DNA from: Octopus bimaculoides
Lineage: Eukaryota
NCBI RefSeq assembly: GCF_001194135.2
Contig: NC_068981.1
Coordinates: forward strand, 74,745,478 to 74,809,477
Reading direction: 5' to 3'
DNA: 64,000 nt
The notes beneath the pieces were generated by a model that did not search any database, had not been told where the DNA came from, and saw nothing but the letters and a program-made list of their open reading frames with translations. A program made the position numbers and the translations under genes. Positions 36,590 through 50,767 of the stretch are shown one piece after another. Each line of letters starts with the position of its first letter. The stretch's first letter is position 1.

Positions 36590-36626
<37 letters not shown>

Positions 36627-37097
36627 GATAAATTGAATATTAATTCAATTTAAAACCAAGTGGCCTAGCATATAAAANNNNNNNNNNNNNNNNNNNNNNN
36701 NNNNNNNNNNNNNNNNNNNNNNNNNNNNNNNNNNNNNNNNNNNNNNNNNNNNNNNNNNNNNNNNNNNNNNNNNNNNNNNNNNNNNNNNNNNNNNNNNNNN
36801 NNNNNNNNNNNNNNNNNNNNNNNNNNNNNNNNNNNNNNNNNNNNNNNNNNNNNNNNNNNNNNNNNNNNNNNNNNNNNNNNNNNNNNNNNNNNNNATCTAT
36901 GGACTGCAGTTTCGAACATTAACATTATACTTACGTAATAACATCCGTGTTCTCATCAGCATAGACGTTCAAGAATCAACATAATTTGCAGAACTATACA
37001 CGAATTGTCTTCATGAAACAAGACTTGCATATAGTTCTACCGATTACATATATACTATATAAGTATGTATGTATACATATATATTTATATATTATAT

Positions 37098-37215
37098 TAT
37101 TTTATTCTTTTATTGGTTTCAGTCATTTGACTGCGGCCATGCTGTACCACCGCCTTTAGTCGAACAAATCAACCCCAGGACTTATTCTTTGCAAGCCTAG
37201 TACTTCTTCTATCGG
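37098..37215 (-). mobile_element. SINE family C, 3' fragment
   Basis: ttcagtcatttgactgcggccatgctg...gcctagtacttcttctatcgg. Confidence 0.8.
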
Positions 37216-38253
37216 ATACAGATTATGTGAAGGCCGATAAGTTATACAACATTTACATTATTCCTGGTTGTTTCTCGTGCAGAATATCGTAAAATGACAT
37301 TGTGTTGTGATACACAGGTTGCTAATGACAATATAACTTCTGATAACATTTACTACAAAAGATAAATGTATGTATTATATGTATATATTACGTATCAGTA
37401 AGATCGAAGGTTTTAAGCACAATGACAGCATATATAATCTACAACCAGTAAAAATTGCACCTAAGTACATAGGTTATCAAAGCAATAACACGTAAATAGT
37501 TTATGCAGCATTCTCGAGGTTCACGGGAAAAATAATATTTCTTGTTTGCTATCCCAATATTAATATATTTACATAAAAATGGAAAAATTATATAAGTATA
37601 TAGATATTACAATCTAGGGATTAAAAACAAAACAACAGTCACAATAATAAGCTACAAAGAAATCCATATAAATGTGTAATTAAGATTCAAGGTTTATAAA
37701 CATGTACATCATTGAACATACAGCCACTACAAAGCAATGATCTAACACACAATATTATCCATCCAGTAAACACAAACTGCTCATATCAAAAGCACGTAAA
37801 GACACGCTTGGTTATATAGAGAAAGCACGAATCAATAATAAAACTACGAACATAATGATAATACTTTGTTTGCAGATATAAATGCGGAAATCAATTATAT
37901 TGACAATAAAATATTTCAGAAACGAAAAAATTAATATTTTCGTTTTAAGAATTTTCTTCTATTAGCACAAACACACACAAAAACACAAACAAAAATTCAA
38001 CTAAAACATCCAAAATATCCATATTGAATGAATATAGAATTCGCATGAAATTACTTTGTTGTAAACTCGTTCTTTGAAGATTGGAAGAATCAGAGAATGA
38101 TTTATATTCGTGTCGAAATTTGGCTAATATACGTAGTCTAGAAATACTTATTCAAATATCTTATGTTGAGCTACTTTCAACAGAATCGTATATAGTTAAA
38201 TGTTATCACGAGATCAATGTTAGCTACATAAGATAAATGACTGAGAGTTTTAG

Positions 38254-38288
<35 letters not shown>

Positions 38289-38753
38289 NNNNNNNNNNNN
38301 NNNNNNNNNNNNNNNNNNNNNNNNNNNNNNNNNNNNNNNNNNNNNNNNNNNNNNNNNNNNNNNNNNNNNNNNNNNNNNNNNNNNNNNNNNNNNNNNNNNN
38401 NNNNNNNNNNNNACATATATTTATACATACATACACACATACATATATATGTACGTACGTACTTACATATGTACAGAGCTTCATAATTATAAGTAGACCC
38501 ACACGAAGGCACACTGAATATACAAAGTGGAACTGCATGCACACTTCATACAGCAGCGCTCACATATAAATGTGTACTTGTATTCATATACGTGAATTTT
38601 GGGTCTGTACACATTCCACTAACATCAATGACTTCAATTTTATCTTCGATTAAATTATATTTCAATATTTATTTGCCAAGAATACAAAGGCAGAAAGTAA
38701 ATTAATAGATTTCCACTTGCATTATGTGATGTCAAACTCAGCAGCGTATTTAA

Positions 38754-38788
<35 letters not shown>

Positions 38789-38806
38789 ATTATATACTTG
38801 TATGTA

Positions 38807-38891
<85 letters not shown>

Positions 38892-39188
38892 GCACATGTA
38901 AAATAATACGTTTGTATTTATATGATTGTGTATATACAAATACACGCTCCTATATACGGAAGCATATTATTTTAATTCTGTTTCTAGTAGTTGGACCGAA
39001 GCTTTGCTGGCACACGGCTTTCAAGAGATTATGTATCATGTCCACAACAATAATTATTTCAGTCTAGTACTTGATTTAACTCCACATATTTTTCGATCCA
39101 CTAAGTTACAGAATATATAGGGACTCAGAATAAAATCACAGGATCATATATACACGTGCACACTCTCATATACACACACAGACTCTCA

Positions 39189-39219
<31 letters not shown>

Positions 39220-39357
39220 TTATACGAACATTTACGCGACAGATTTTGGAACACTTTACGTCTACCAAATTTCAATCACAATATTGATCAACCCGAGATT
39301 TCAGAACCTAGTGCAGCGCAGTAGAAAGTAACATGAACAACACAATATCCATACACG

Positions 39358-39389
<32 letters not shown>

Positions 39390-39399
39390 ATCTTTTCTA

Positions 39400-39590
39400 G
39401 TCTAAGCATAAGGCTCGAAATTTTTGGGGAGGGGCCAGTCGATCAGATCAACCCCAGCACGCAACTGGTACTTAATTTATCGACTCCGAAAGGATGAAAG
39501 GCAAAGTCGACCTCGGCGGAATTTTGAACTCAGAATATAAAGACAGACGAAATACCGATAGGCATTTCGCCCGGCGTGCTAACGTTTCTG
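39400..39590 (-). mobile_element. SINE family A, tail type 1
   Basis: ggtacttaatttatcgactccgaaaggatgaaaggcaaagtcgacctcggcgg. Confidence 0.85.
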
Positions 39591-41913
39591 CTATTTATTT
39601 GTATGTATANNNNNNNNNNNNNNNNNNNNNNNNNNNNNNNNNNNNNNNNNNNNNNNNNNNNNNNNNNNNNNNNNNNNNNNNNNNNNNNNNNNNNNNNNNN
39701 NNNNNNNNNNNNNNNNNNNNNNNNNNNNNNNNNNNNNNNNNNNNNNNNNNNNNNNNNNNNNNNNNNNNNNNNNNNNNNNNNNNNNNNNNNNNNNNNNNNN
39801 NNNNNNNNNNNNNNNNNNNNNNNNNNNNNNNNNNNNNNNNNNNNNNNNNNNNNNNNNNNNNNNNNNNNNNNNNNNNNNNNNNNNNNNNNNNNNNNNNNNN
39901 NNNNNNNNNNNNNNNNNNNNNNNNNNNNNNNNNNNNNNNNNNNNNNNNNNNNNNNNNNNNNNNNNNNNNNNNNNNNNNNNNNNNNNNNNNNNNNNNNNNN
40001 NNNNNNNNNNNNNNNNNNNNNNNNNNNNNNNNNNNNNNNNNNNNNNNNNNNNNNNNNNNNNNNNNNNNNNNNNNNNNNNNNNNNNNNNNNNNNNNNNNNN
40101 NNNNNNNNNNNNNNNNNNNNNNNNNNNNNNNNNNNNNNNNNNNNNNNNNNNNNNNNNNNNNNNNNNNNNNNNNNNNNNNNNNNNNNNNNNNNNNNNNNNN
40201 NNNNNNNNNNNNNNNNNNNNNNNNNNNNNNNNNNNNNNNNNNNNNNNNNNNNNNNNNNNNNNNNNNNNNNNNNNNNNNNNNNNNNNNNNNNNNNNNNNNN
40301 NNNNNNNNNNNNNNNNNNNNNNNNNNNNNNNNNNNNNNNNNNNNNNNNNNNNNNNNNNNNNNNNNNNNNNNNNNNNNNNNNNNNNNNNNNNNNNNNNNNN
40401 NNNNNNNNNNNNNNNNNNNNNNNNNNNNNNNNNNNNNNNNNNNNNNNNNNNNNNNNNNNNNNNNNNNNNNNNNNNNNNNNNNNNNNNNNNNNNNNNNNNN
40501 NNNNNNNNNNNNNNNNNNNNNNNNNNNNNNNNNNNNNNNNNNNNNNNNNNNNNTATATATATAAAATACAATTATCTCTATCTTTACGTCTTCATATCTA
40601 AATCAATCTCTCTCTGTCTCACTCTGTTTATCTCTATATCTGTCTGTCTGTTTAATGAATTACATAGCGTTTCTTGGAGGGGTAATTTGTAATATAATGC
40701 AGTTTTTACATTTTTTTAAAATATAGAATTTATTGCTTGTGAAATATAATCAAAACAGGGAAGAAAAGTTGGATCTCTTGGGAGATAATGCACAATGTAA
40801 ACGATATTAATAATTGTTCGTGGAAATCACTGTAAATCCATTTATTTGACATCGTAAAAGTAGATGATTTTCTGTGTCATTTGCAAACATTTAGATTTTA
40901 GCTTCGCTGTATACTTGGTTACTTAATCAAATATGACTGCTATAATGATATGTTTAAACGATTCAAAACAATATCGTTCTGTGGAAACGCATGCAAAAAT
41001 AGTCCTGCTTCCATTATTCAGAATATTAAACGTGTTGTTAGCACTTGAAACATTTTTTAGTTCAGCATAATCTGCATCTGCTGCCATGTCCTTTGTAACG
41101 TTTTCGTTTCTTGTCAATACTTTATTTTACGATGGATTTGTTGTCTCAACTGCCTTTGAGGTGCCATATTTGTTGTGATAATGAAGTGTAGTTAGTTTTC
41201 TCAAATATTTGATTGTGAATAGGTGTTTCTATGCAAAGGGAATTTGCGGAGGTTTCTTGTTAACTCGATAAATGCTAGTTCCATAAGATTTGTAGATCTT
41301 ACATTTGCTTTATGTCCAACTGCTTTTGACAGATGTTCTTGTTGTGTGTGTGTGTGTGGGGGTGGTTACTGTATTTCTACCTTTCCATTCAGATTAAAGT
41401 AGTTGCGTTGTGTTGCACGTTTTGCTTTATGGTTATGGTTAAAGATTTGTGAATCTATGCTACGAAAGAGAGTTTTACAGAATTTTTATTAAATATTTTT
41501 GCTGTATTATGTGAAGTAGAGGGAGCGTATTCTCATACGGAAATCCCTTATCTCGTTTGAGGATAATTTTATGCTAACAGGGTGTTAAACTATTTCAGGC
41601 ATTAAACTGGATATAAAAGCTCACAACCGTTCTTTGGATAAAATGGCTCACAAATTTTCAGCCATAACCCAACTTCAACAGGAAGGTAACTGTATAAATA
41701 CAATAAATTGGCCCTTACCAGAAAATTTCCCTCCTAAACGGTACTGCATACAGATGAGGTAAGATCAAAATCCGATATACATTGCAAATGCATTCAATCG
41801 CTTCAAAGAAAAGAAAGCATGATAAAAACTTATCACACACGCACTCACACATGTCTGTTTATCCGTCCGTCCATCTGTCTGTTTATCTATCTATCTATCT
41901 ACTTAGATACCCT

Positions 41914-41991
<78 letters not shown>

Positions 41992-42104
41992 GCAGGCGTG
42001 GCTCTGTGGTAAGAAGTAAAAAAGAGGATATATTCTTCTTCTTCTTCGCCGTCTCCTTCCTTAGCTACTGCTGCTCAAACAATCAAAACCCAGAACCCAC
42101 ATCC

Positions 42105-43682
42105 CTCATATTAAAGAAAGTTCTTTAGTGGCGCAAATGTCGATGCGTTCGCTAAATACTATTTTTCTGTATTCCCGAATTTGAATCTGGGATTTATGTA
42201 GGGTCATCCTTTGGCGTTGACTGTTTTTAAGTTGGCCTATGTATTGCTCTTGACACCCTGAGTAAGTTAATATATATATTAGGTTTTCCGAAGTACATGT
42301 GAAGTTTTTCACAGTAAAACCTTGACCTTGTTTGAAGGAGAACTCCGATCCCTCGATTAAGTTGACGCATATACCATAGTTAGGTCTTGAGCATTTTTTT
42401 ACTGACGGTTTCAATGTTGTTGTCGAGTGTATTTGGGCTTGTTTTAGGAGACTTTTCATCGACTTGAGTTGTCTTTTGCTCTTTACGATGGTGTGCGCTT
42501 GGAGAATTAGATTCATTCTGTGGTCCCTTTTTAATAGAGAAATGTTCTGGTGGATGGTGTCGAAGGCTTCATTGTTAAGAGGATTGTGTGTGGTTATAAA
42601 TCCTTCTTTAATTTGGGATGTCTGAGTTCGTGGATGTTGAGTTGTAGGGCATATGTTAATTAGTGAAGGTGATGAGTGTATCCATTAATTCATATAGTCG
42701 TGTGTCCCTGGTGCTTGCATTAGAAACTATAGTACATATCCTTTTTTTGCTAGGTTGAAGGGGATAGTCATTCTGGTGTGTCTGGGGTGGCATGAGCTGA
42801 ACGGTAGATATTGCTTGGAGTCCGTGGGCTTATAGTATATATCTGTTTCTATTACGTTGTTAGATTTCTTAATGAGGATGTCGAGGAAGGGAAGTTGTTG
42901 ATAGCTATATTCCATCGTGAATTGTATGTTTACATCAAGTCCATTTAGGAGTGCTTGAAATTCTTTAAGTTTCTCTATACTTTCGTGCCAAAGAATGAAA
43001 CAGTCATCCAGGTATTTCTTCCAGTTATTTTCTATCTAGAGGGAGAATGAGCTGCTGTATTATTCTAGAACCTTACGATAAAGACTAATTCCTAGATATC
43101 CCATGACTAAGTTAACAAAGGAGGGGGCCATTCTCGTACCCACCGTACTCCCCGATTTTTGTCGATAGAAATTGTCTTTGAAGACGAAGTAGTTATTTCC
43201 CAGGATGTATTTTAGCCCTTCTATCACGAATTCTTTTTTGATGCGATGAGGAAGTTCGTTGGCGTAATTTTCTAACCAGGATTGAATTGCCTCTATTCCT
43301 AGGTTGCGGAGGATATAAGAATAGAAGTTGACTACATCGAAGGATATTTGTAAGGTGTTTTGTTTATTGTTTCAGGAAGGTGATTGAGCATATGCAGGTC
43401 GTCCCTTATGTAGCTTTTGACATGCTTGAGGAATGGTTTTAAGAAGGTATCTAAAAAGTTACCTTCTTAAAGGTATGCGGGACCTGCTATTATAGGTCTC
43501 AATTTGAGGTCATTAGGAGTAGGGACTTTGATTATTATGTCTGTGGCTATTCTGCATGCGTTACTTATTTTGTCACTTTTGTGTATCTTGGGAATACCGT
43601 AGAATTGACTGGTTTTAGTTTTGAAATTGGTCATATAGTCATATTCTTTGTCGGTGAGCCCTTCTCCGTATAGGTTTAACAT
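42105..43682 (-). mobile_element. Penelope-like element pseudogene: reverse transcriptase plus GIY-YIG
   Basis: FYGIPKIHK...LRPIIAGP; SFDVVNFY; G.RMAPSFVNLVMGY; WKKYLDDCF; LPFLDILI..DIYYKPTDSKQYL.FSSCHPRH; CTSENLIYILTYSGCQEQYIGQ. Several frameshifts and stops. Confidence 0.92.
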
Positions 43683-44260
43683 GGATTTTAGGTCTATCTA
43701 TATATAGATGAAAGAAGGAAGAAAAGAAATGACTAGTACAAAATTGGAACTTTATTTATCGACTCCGAATAAATTAACTGCAGAGTCAACTTCGACATGA
43801 ATTGAACTCTGAGCATACTCTGAGCATACTCTGAGCATACTCTGGGCAGTGATCGGAGAATAATCTATCTGACGCTTTGCCCATCAGCCGGATACATGTC
43901 TGTATTTATCTATACATAAACACTTACACTCAAATATATGCCTACACACATATACATATTTAAGCTGATAAACAGATACACCCAAGGATATGCTCAAAGT
44001 GAATGCATACATACATACATAAATACATACATACATACATACATACATATCACACATACATGGGCATGACTGTGTATATCAGTACCTGTTCGCACACAGA
44101 CACACACACGAACAAGCACACACACACATATCAGACTGTACACTTCATACAAACGGGTGTTTTTATTTTATTTTCCTGCTATGTATCTCAAAACTAACTG
44201 CTAAAAAATAACACACTGACGCACCCACACACGTTCAGACTCACACAAACACACATATAC

Positions 44261-44312
<52 letters not shown>

Positions 44313-44546
44313 NNNNNNNNNNNNNNNNNNNNNNNNNNNNNNNNNNNNNNNNNNNNNNNNNNNNNNNNNNNNNNNNNNNNNNNNNNNNNNNNNNNNNNNN
44401 NNNNNNNNNNNNNNNNNNNNNNNNNNNNNNNNNNNNNNNNNNNNNNNNNNNNNNNNNNNNNNNNNNNNNNNNNNNNNNNNNNNNNNNNNNNNNNNNNNNN
44501 NNNNNNNNNNNNNNNNNNNNNNNNNNNNNNNNNNNNNNNNNNNNNN

Positions 44547-44581
<35 letters not shown>

Positions 44582-44622
44582 TATATATATATGTATATAT
44601 ATATATATATATGTATGTATGA

Positions 44623-44663
<41 letters not shown>

Positions 44664-45129
44664 AACATACACGCACAATCGCCAGAACACACATGGATAC
44701 GAGCATAAAATGCTATTAGAATCCAGTATAACTTGGTATATGAATGAAATGAAGTTGTATCAAAAAGCCTTTTTACCGACAGTCTATAGAGATGAAGTAC
44801 TTTTAATGAGGAGAGCATTGAAGAAATACACTGCATTTTTTTTGTAAACCAGCTTCATAAAAGACCTCAAAGCAAACTGAAAATAGCAATCCAATCTACA
44901 TAGAAAAGACAAATATTTTTATAGAATTAACAACAACCACAAAAAAACATGTATATTAATAACAAGAAATTTTAAATAAATAGACGTAAGCAAACTAAAA
45001 AAAAAAAGGAATCGCAATATAGGCGTTACTATAACAACATTAACTTTTATTCTCGTTAAAGTGAAGTAAAAAACATTAAACTTAATGAATCATTGGTTGC
45101 TTTCGTTTAGCAATGTCGTATATGATTGG

Positions 45130-45830
45130 GATGATGATGATGATGATGATGATGATGACGATAGTGATTATTATTATTATTATTATTATCATCAACTTGG
45201 TAACCATCATCACAACAGCCGTTGTCGTCGGCATCATGACTGTCATCATCGCCGTCGTCATCGTGGTGGTCGTCATCATCATCGTCATCACCGTTGTCGT
45301 CGTGGTCGTCATCATCATCGTCAACGCCGTCGTCGTCGTCATCATCATCGTCATTATCGACATCATCAGCATCGTCATTATCACTGTCGTCATCATTGTC
45401 ATCACCATCATCATCTATATCGTAATCACAATCAACTGATAAGTAACGTTAGCATTTTACTGTAAGCATCATTTACTCTTTAACTACGATCTTTATTTAT
45501 CTGATACCTTCATTCTCTCCCTCTTCTTCTTCATCCTCCTTCTCCTCTTCCTCCCCCCTTTTCTTCTCCTTTCTTTGTGTTCTCATCTTACCTTTCTCCC
45601 CTCCACCTACTCCCTTCACATCCTCCTCCCTCCCCAGCCCCACATCCCCTCCTCATTTCTCTCCTACTTCTTCCTCTCCTCCTTTCCCCTCCTCCTTCTC
45701 TCCCCTCCACCTTCTCTCCCCTCCTTCTCTCCCCTCCTCCTCCCCTCCCCTCCCCACCTCTCTTCCTCTCGTCTTCTCGCACCCACCCACCCTCCTCTTC
45801 TCCTTATCTTCATCATCAACACCATAATCA
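45130..45830. repeat. (GAT)/(CAT/CGT) trinucleotide tract followed by a pyrimidine-rich (CCT/CTT) tract
   Basis: Read directly. Confidence 0.9.
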
Positions 45831-46184
45831 TCACCGTTAGTCGTTGTTGTTGCTTTTAGCCTCAGCTTTTTTTTGTTTTTGGTCAAAAATTCTTTAAATG
45901 TGTTGCTTAGTAACTTAAGGCGAGTAGGCAGGATTTCTTTTTGTGTTCTGCAATGGAGACAGCTTAGACTGTAGCGAAAGAAGAGGTGGGCGGAAATATT
46001 TGTTTCATTTTGATTTAGCACTTGATGAGAAAGTTCGAATGGAGAAGCGAATTGCTGAAAGCATCAAATCCGGGAAAGAAAGATTGTGTAAATATTAATT
46101 AATAACAGGAAAATTTAACTGAAGGAAAGACGGGTTCACTGAGTCAATGTAGAATTAGAGAATCAGTTATATTTGTAGTATCTG

Positions 46185-46375
46185 CCGGAGAGTTTATAGA
46201 CGGTGATTTGACAGAGTCGTTAGAAATTTGGATGAAATGTTGAGGGGTATTTATTCCGGTTTCATGCCTTCTGAGTTCAAATCCTGCAGGGGGCTAAGTT
46301 TGGTTTTCATCCTTCCAGGGCGAGGTCAACCCAGCTGTTCATCCTTCCGGGGGTCGATAATTAAGTACTAATACA
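46185..46375 (+). mobile_element. SINE family A, degenerate
   Basis: ctgagttcaaatcc and catccttccgggggtcgataattaagtac. Confidence 0.7.
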
Positions 46376-47169
46376 GAGCGTTAGAATGGCAGTAATGTAG
46401 ACTGTCGAACTAGATGCTTTACGCTATTTGAATGTAGACTTAATCCGGTGTCTGGCTTAACACTTGCTCCTAGTTCTTGGGTGCCTTTAGCACACTCCGC
46501 TCCGGTGCAAGCACTCGAGTTAGGTTTCTTGTTTGAAGATAGCTTCCTTCTGCTCTTCCAACAATTTCGGATGCCTAGTAAAGGATCAGGGTCATAGAAA
46601 CTTTCCTTTCCTCCTGACTAAGCTATGAAAAAAGGAGACAAAATACCGAATGAAGAATTGTGTACCAAGTGGACTTGATTTACTTTGTTGCATATGTTTG
46701 TGCTTGCATGTACACACGTGTTTCCGTTTGTATGCGTTGTTTTATTTAGTTTATGCGACTACGTTTGGAAGCTCCGTACCTTAATTCCCGATGTGAGTAC
46801 TCTTATTTAGAAAGTATTTGTGCATTGTCAGAAACATTAAAAAATATGCTATTCAGGATAGGAGGAGCGCTGCACATTTGCGATCTTAGTCTCACCAAGA
46901 CTGGTGAAAGAGACGTAGCCGATGCCCAGCTTGATCAATTTCGGGTTATATTTGTATTTTGAGAAACAGTGAAGTTCAAATTGAAAATAACATATCCTTA
47001 CAGTATTTTTTAAAAAAATAACCAGTAATTTTAGTTTGCCATAATAGCATAAACACTTTTTTTGCGAACCGGAATATAGTGTTAAAAATGAAAACATTGA
47101 ATCGAAAATTTGAAAGAATGTATACTAACATATGTTTTGGAGCCAAATAAATCCAACGAATAATAGGGG

Positions 47170-47665
47170 TGTGATGAGAGGCATGAAACTGAATTGGATG
47201 CTAAAATTGGTGTTTTGCCTGGTCTCACTTATGATCATAATATATTGGGTAATGACTGAAAGAGTACGATCGTAAATATAAGCGGCCCGAAACGGAGTTC
47301 CTCCGAAGGGTCTCTGGAGTAACGTTACTCGATAGGATACATAACTCGGAGACCTGGACGTCTCTCCAAGTCGAGCCTCTTACTTTTCCGTATTGAAAGG
47401 TCACAACTCCGGTATTGTGGAAATTTGATTAGAATGTTGCAGAAAACAATCACAAGATGGATTCTTTAAGCTGTATCAACCGGCAGGTGATTTAGGCGTA
47501 GACCAAGAACGAGATGTTTATACAATATCCAAACTCTTAGCTGGTCACGTTTGGGAATCTAGCCGGAGACTGAAATGACGGTTATTTCTGAGAGGACCCC
47601 GTAGAGAAGGTACCAGAGGACTCTACCGTTCTCAGGCATAGTGGGTAGCAGAAATGGATGGATGG
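47170..47665 (+). mobile_element. RTE-clade LINE 3' end with a (TGGA)n tail
   Basis: WVMTERVRS...ETEFLRRVSGVTLLDRIHNSETWTSLQVEPL/FRIERSQLRYCG..IRM...RRPRTR...SWSRLGI; ends gaaatggatggatgg. Confidence 0.85.
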
Positions 47666-48061
47666 TTGCAATGAGAAAGGAATACTTTACATGCGGGAAA
47701 AAAACTAGAAAATGGAATATGTTCAAAGATTTTTCTGGACATTTGAGAGACAAACACCGTATGAGGAGTGAAAAGATGAGAATCTGATGGAATGAATACA
47801 TTTAGTTAAAAGTATGCAACAGAACTTGATACAGTTGCGGGCAAACCATTGGTTTCTGTCACGAGTTAATATTTTGCAAACATTTTACAACACGGTTCTC
47901 GCAGATATTAGAACTGGAATTTTTCTGATCTTTAGTATGTGCCATATTTTTAATAACTCAGAAACATCACCCACAAGAAAATCAAATATCAAGTTAGTGT
48001 TAGCCTATCTAATGCAAACATATTTAAATTAGCAATCATTATGAGGTGAAGAGAAAAATCA

Positions 48062-48470
48062 ATATTTGTTATCTTTTACTTGTTTGAGTTACTGGACTGC
48101 GGCCATGCTGGGGTACTGCCTTGAAGTACTTCAGTCAAGCAGATCGGCTCCTGTACTTGTTTTTTTTTTTAATGTTTGGTGCTTATTTTATCTGTATCTT
48201 TTGCTGAGCCGCTAAGTTTCGAGGATGTAAACAAACCGAGGCTGGTTGTCATGCGATGGGGTGGGACAAACACAGACCCAAAGACATACACAGAGACAGA
48301 CACACACACATGCACGCGCATGCACACACACACACATGCACGCGCACGCACACGCACACGCACATGCACACACACACACACACACACTGATTTTCACACA
48401 GTTTCTGTCTATCAAATTCTTTCACAAGGCGTTAGTAGGCTCGGAGCTGAAGTAGGAGACACTTGTTTAA
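48062..48470 (-). mobile_element. SINE family C, 5'-truncated
   Basis: gactgcggccatgctgggg tail, ccgctaagtt, central (CA)n, aggagacacttg. Confidence 0.8.
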
Positions 48471-49412
48471 TATTATTTTAGATATTTTGACAAGTATGGG
48501 AAACAACATTGGGCATGTTTTGGGGCTTATTTATGATTTCATCAACAAAGAATAGTCTTCATTGTACATGGCGAGGTAGTGAAAGCAGGAATCACTAAAT
48601 AAATATACAAAAAATTGAAGACTGGCTGGTGTAGAAAAATAAAATTGTTTAGAGAATAAAAAGTATCAGACGCCTATAAGCCACACACACAAAAAATTAT
48701 TGTTAAGTTAGTGTTAACATATTTAATACATGGTATATTATATTTTTTCCGCTATTCACTCAATAGCTCTGTGGGTGTTATATAAACAATTCAATCTTCA
48801 GAGCGCTGTAGTTCCTTTGTTCTCACATATAGAGATTACGTGAGACATCACACTGAAATAACCCTCAGTTGCTAGACGTTAGTTCATTGTTCATTTAGAA
48901 AATTTCACTGAAAATTTAATGAACTCAAAGTTGGTTATAGTATCTTTCCATATTGTTGAATGAGTATTAGTATTATACAAAAATTATTGATCTCACTTCA
49001 ATACAAAGAGGACATGTTTACGTTCCCCTTTAAGTACAAGGGGCATCAAAGGAAAAAATTCAGATAGGTCCCTTATGAAGCACACATGCGCACACTCGCG
49101 CACATATACACCCTAGCGCATACATGCCCACACATGCACATTTGCGCGCACACACAAGCAGGCATACACACATGTATACACAAAACTAATTCATGTATTA
49201 TACGATGATATATTTATTGATATAAGAATGCTGATGCCTCGATTTTACTAGATATATTCAGACAGAGCTAAATACAATATTTGTTGAGTTAACTATCTAA
49301 ACATAGTGATCACAACATAATTCATAAATATCCATACGAGACTCCAAAATTTGATATACAAGTGTTTCATGTGTTACACACACAATCGTAACCAAGGAAG
49401 AACAGTCTTATA

Positions 49413-49539
49413 CAGGGTGTCCACAAAGTCTGGCTACATGCAGTAAATAAAATCATAACATAAACAATTAAATATAAGAAATAATAATTTCTGAAAGTAT
49501 CTGTTAATCCCAATGTACCCAGACTTTGTGGACACCCTG
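49413..49539. mobile_element. 127 bp Tc1/mariner-type MITE with TA TSD
   Basis: TA|cagggtgtccacaaagtctggctacat ... atgtacccagactttgtggacaccctg|TA; 27 bp TIR with 1 mismatch. Confidence 0.9.
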
Positions 49540-50272
49540 TAGAATATAAATATCAAATTTATCGTAGCAAGGTGTTATGCAATTCTCGTAAAAGAAGCAA
49601 AATGCTGCAGACAAGCAGAATGACCAGAAATGAAGGAAATACATATATTAATAGCCATGATATCTTTCGGAGATTAAATGTATATAAATTAGTATCATGA
49701 AGTACTCATCTTCATTAAGAAGATATAAAGGCTGGATCCGGTGATCTTTCAATATATACGATGCGATGTGTTATTGATAAATTAATGTTAACGTTACGAC
49801 TGTGCATGATGCACTGCAATAGAGCTAACTAAAGCATGCGTATAGTCAAATATCTAGATATACTGAAACAGCATCACATAACCCTCTGAGTCTCCAGGTT
49901 TTTATCTCAAAATATTGAAAACTACAACTGCAATGACATTCATATATCAATAAGGTACTGTACTGAATATATCATTCAAACTTTGATCTAATAATTTGGT
50001 CATTAAGTAAATACAAATAATTATCCATTTAAATTTATCTATTCAGAGGTGTGCGTATGTACATATTAGATTTGTTTGCTGTAGTTCTACCTGTTTTGTT
50101 TCTATCATTTGTTTTACAAGACTACATTATATAGTGTCACTATGAATTTAAAATGTTTCATTATAAGATTTTCCTTCATCGAATGACAATTGTATTTAAG
50201 CGACACATGAAACTTTGAAATTCGAAAGCCACAATCTTCTGACTGAAATGGTTATTTCAATAATTGTATATA

Positions 50273-50315
<43 letters not shown>

Positions 50316-50609
50316 ATATATATTTTGTTTTTATTAGAAGCGTCGAATGTGTATTGCACGATACCGAGAAGAAGGGGAAATTGTCGAACGCAGCATCAAC
50401 GCAGGCAGTTTAGCTTAATGGTAAAACACTCAATCGGTGTCATGTCGGATGTGGCTTAAATTCCCACGACCGTTTGTTGACAACTTTTTCGCCTTCTAAG
50501 GGTAATATTACCAATAATTTCTGCTGCTTTAACGGCAATGCTGCGTTCGAAAAATTCACATTCTTCTCTGTATCGCACAAGTTTGTTTATATATAGACAT
50601 GTGGTTGTT

Positions 50610-50640
<31 letters not shown>

Positions 50641-50652
50641 CATATTTGTATT

Positions 50653-50740
<88 letters not shown>

Positions 50741-50767
50741 TGTGTGTGTGTGTGTAGGGGGAGAATT

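Noticed and set aside
40923-41117. Protein-like minus ORF containing DYAEL
   Set aside because: There is an in-frame stop four codons upstream, no usable acceptor and no true ATG.
43810-43845. 11 bp tandem repeat (tgagcatactc) and other short arrays as CRISPR-like
   Set aside because: No unique spacers, no cas genes, and a eukaryotic context; simple slippage.
50404-50470. Isolated tRNA-like sequence (tagcttaatgg ... gcttaaattcc)
   Set aside because: The B box is degenerate and there is no acceptor stem; at best an old SINE head.
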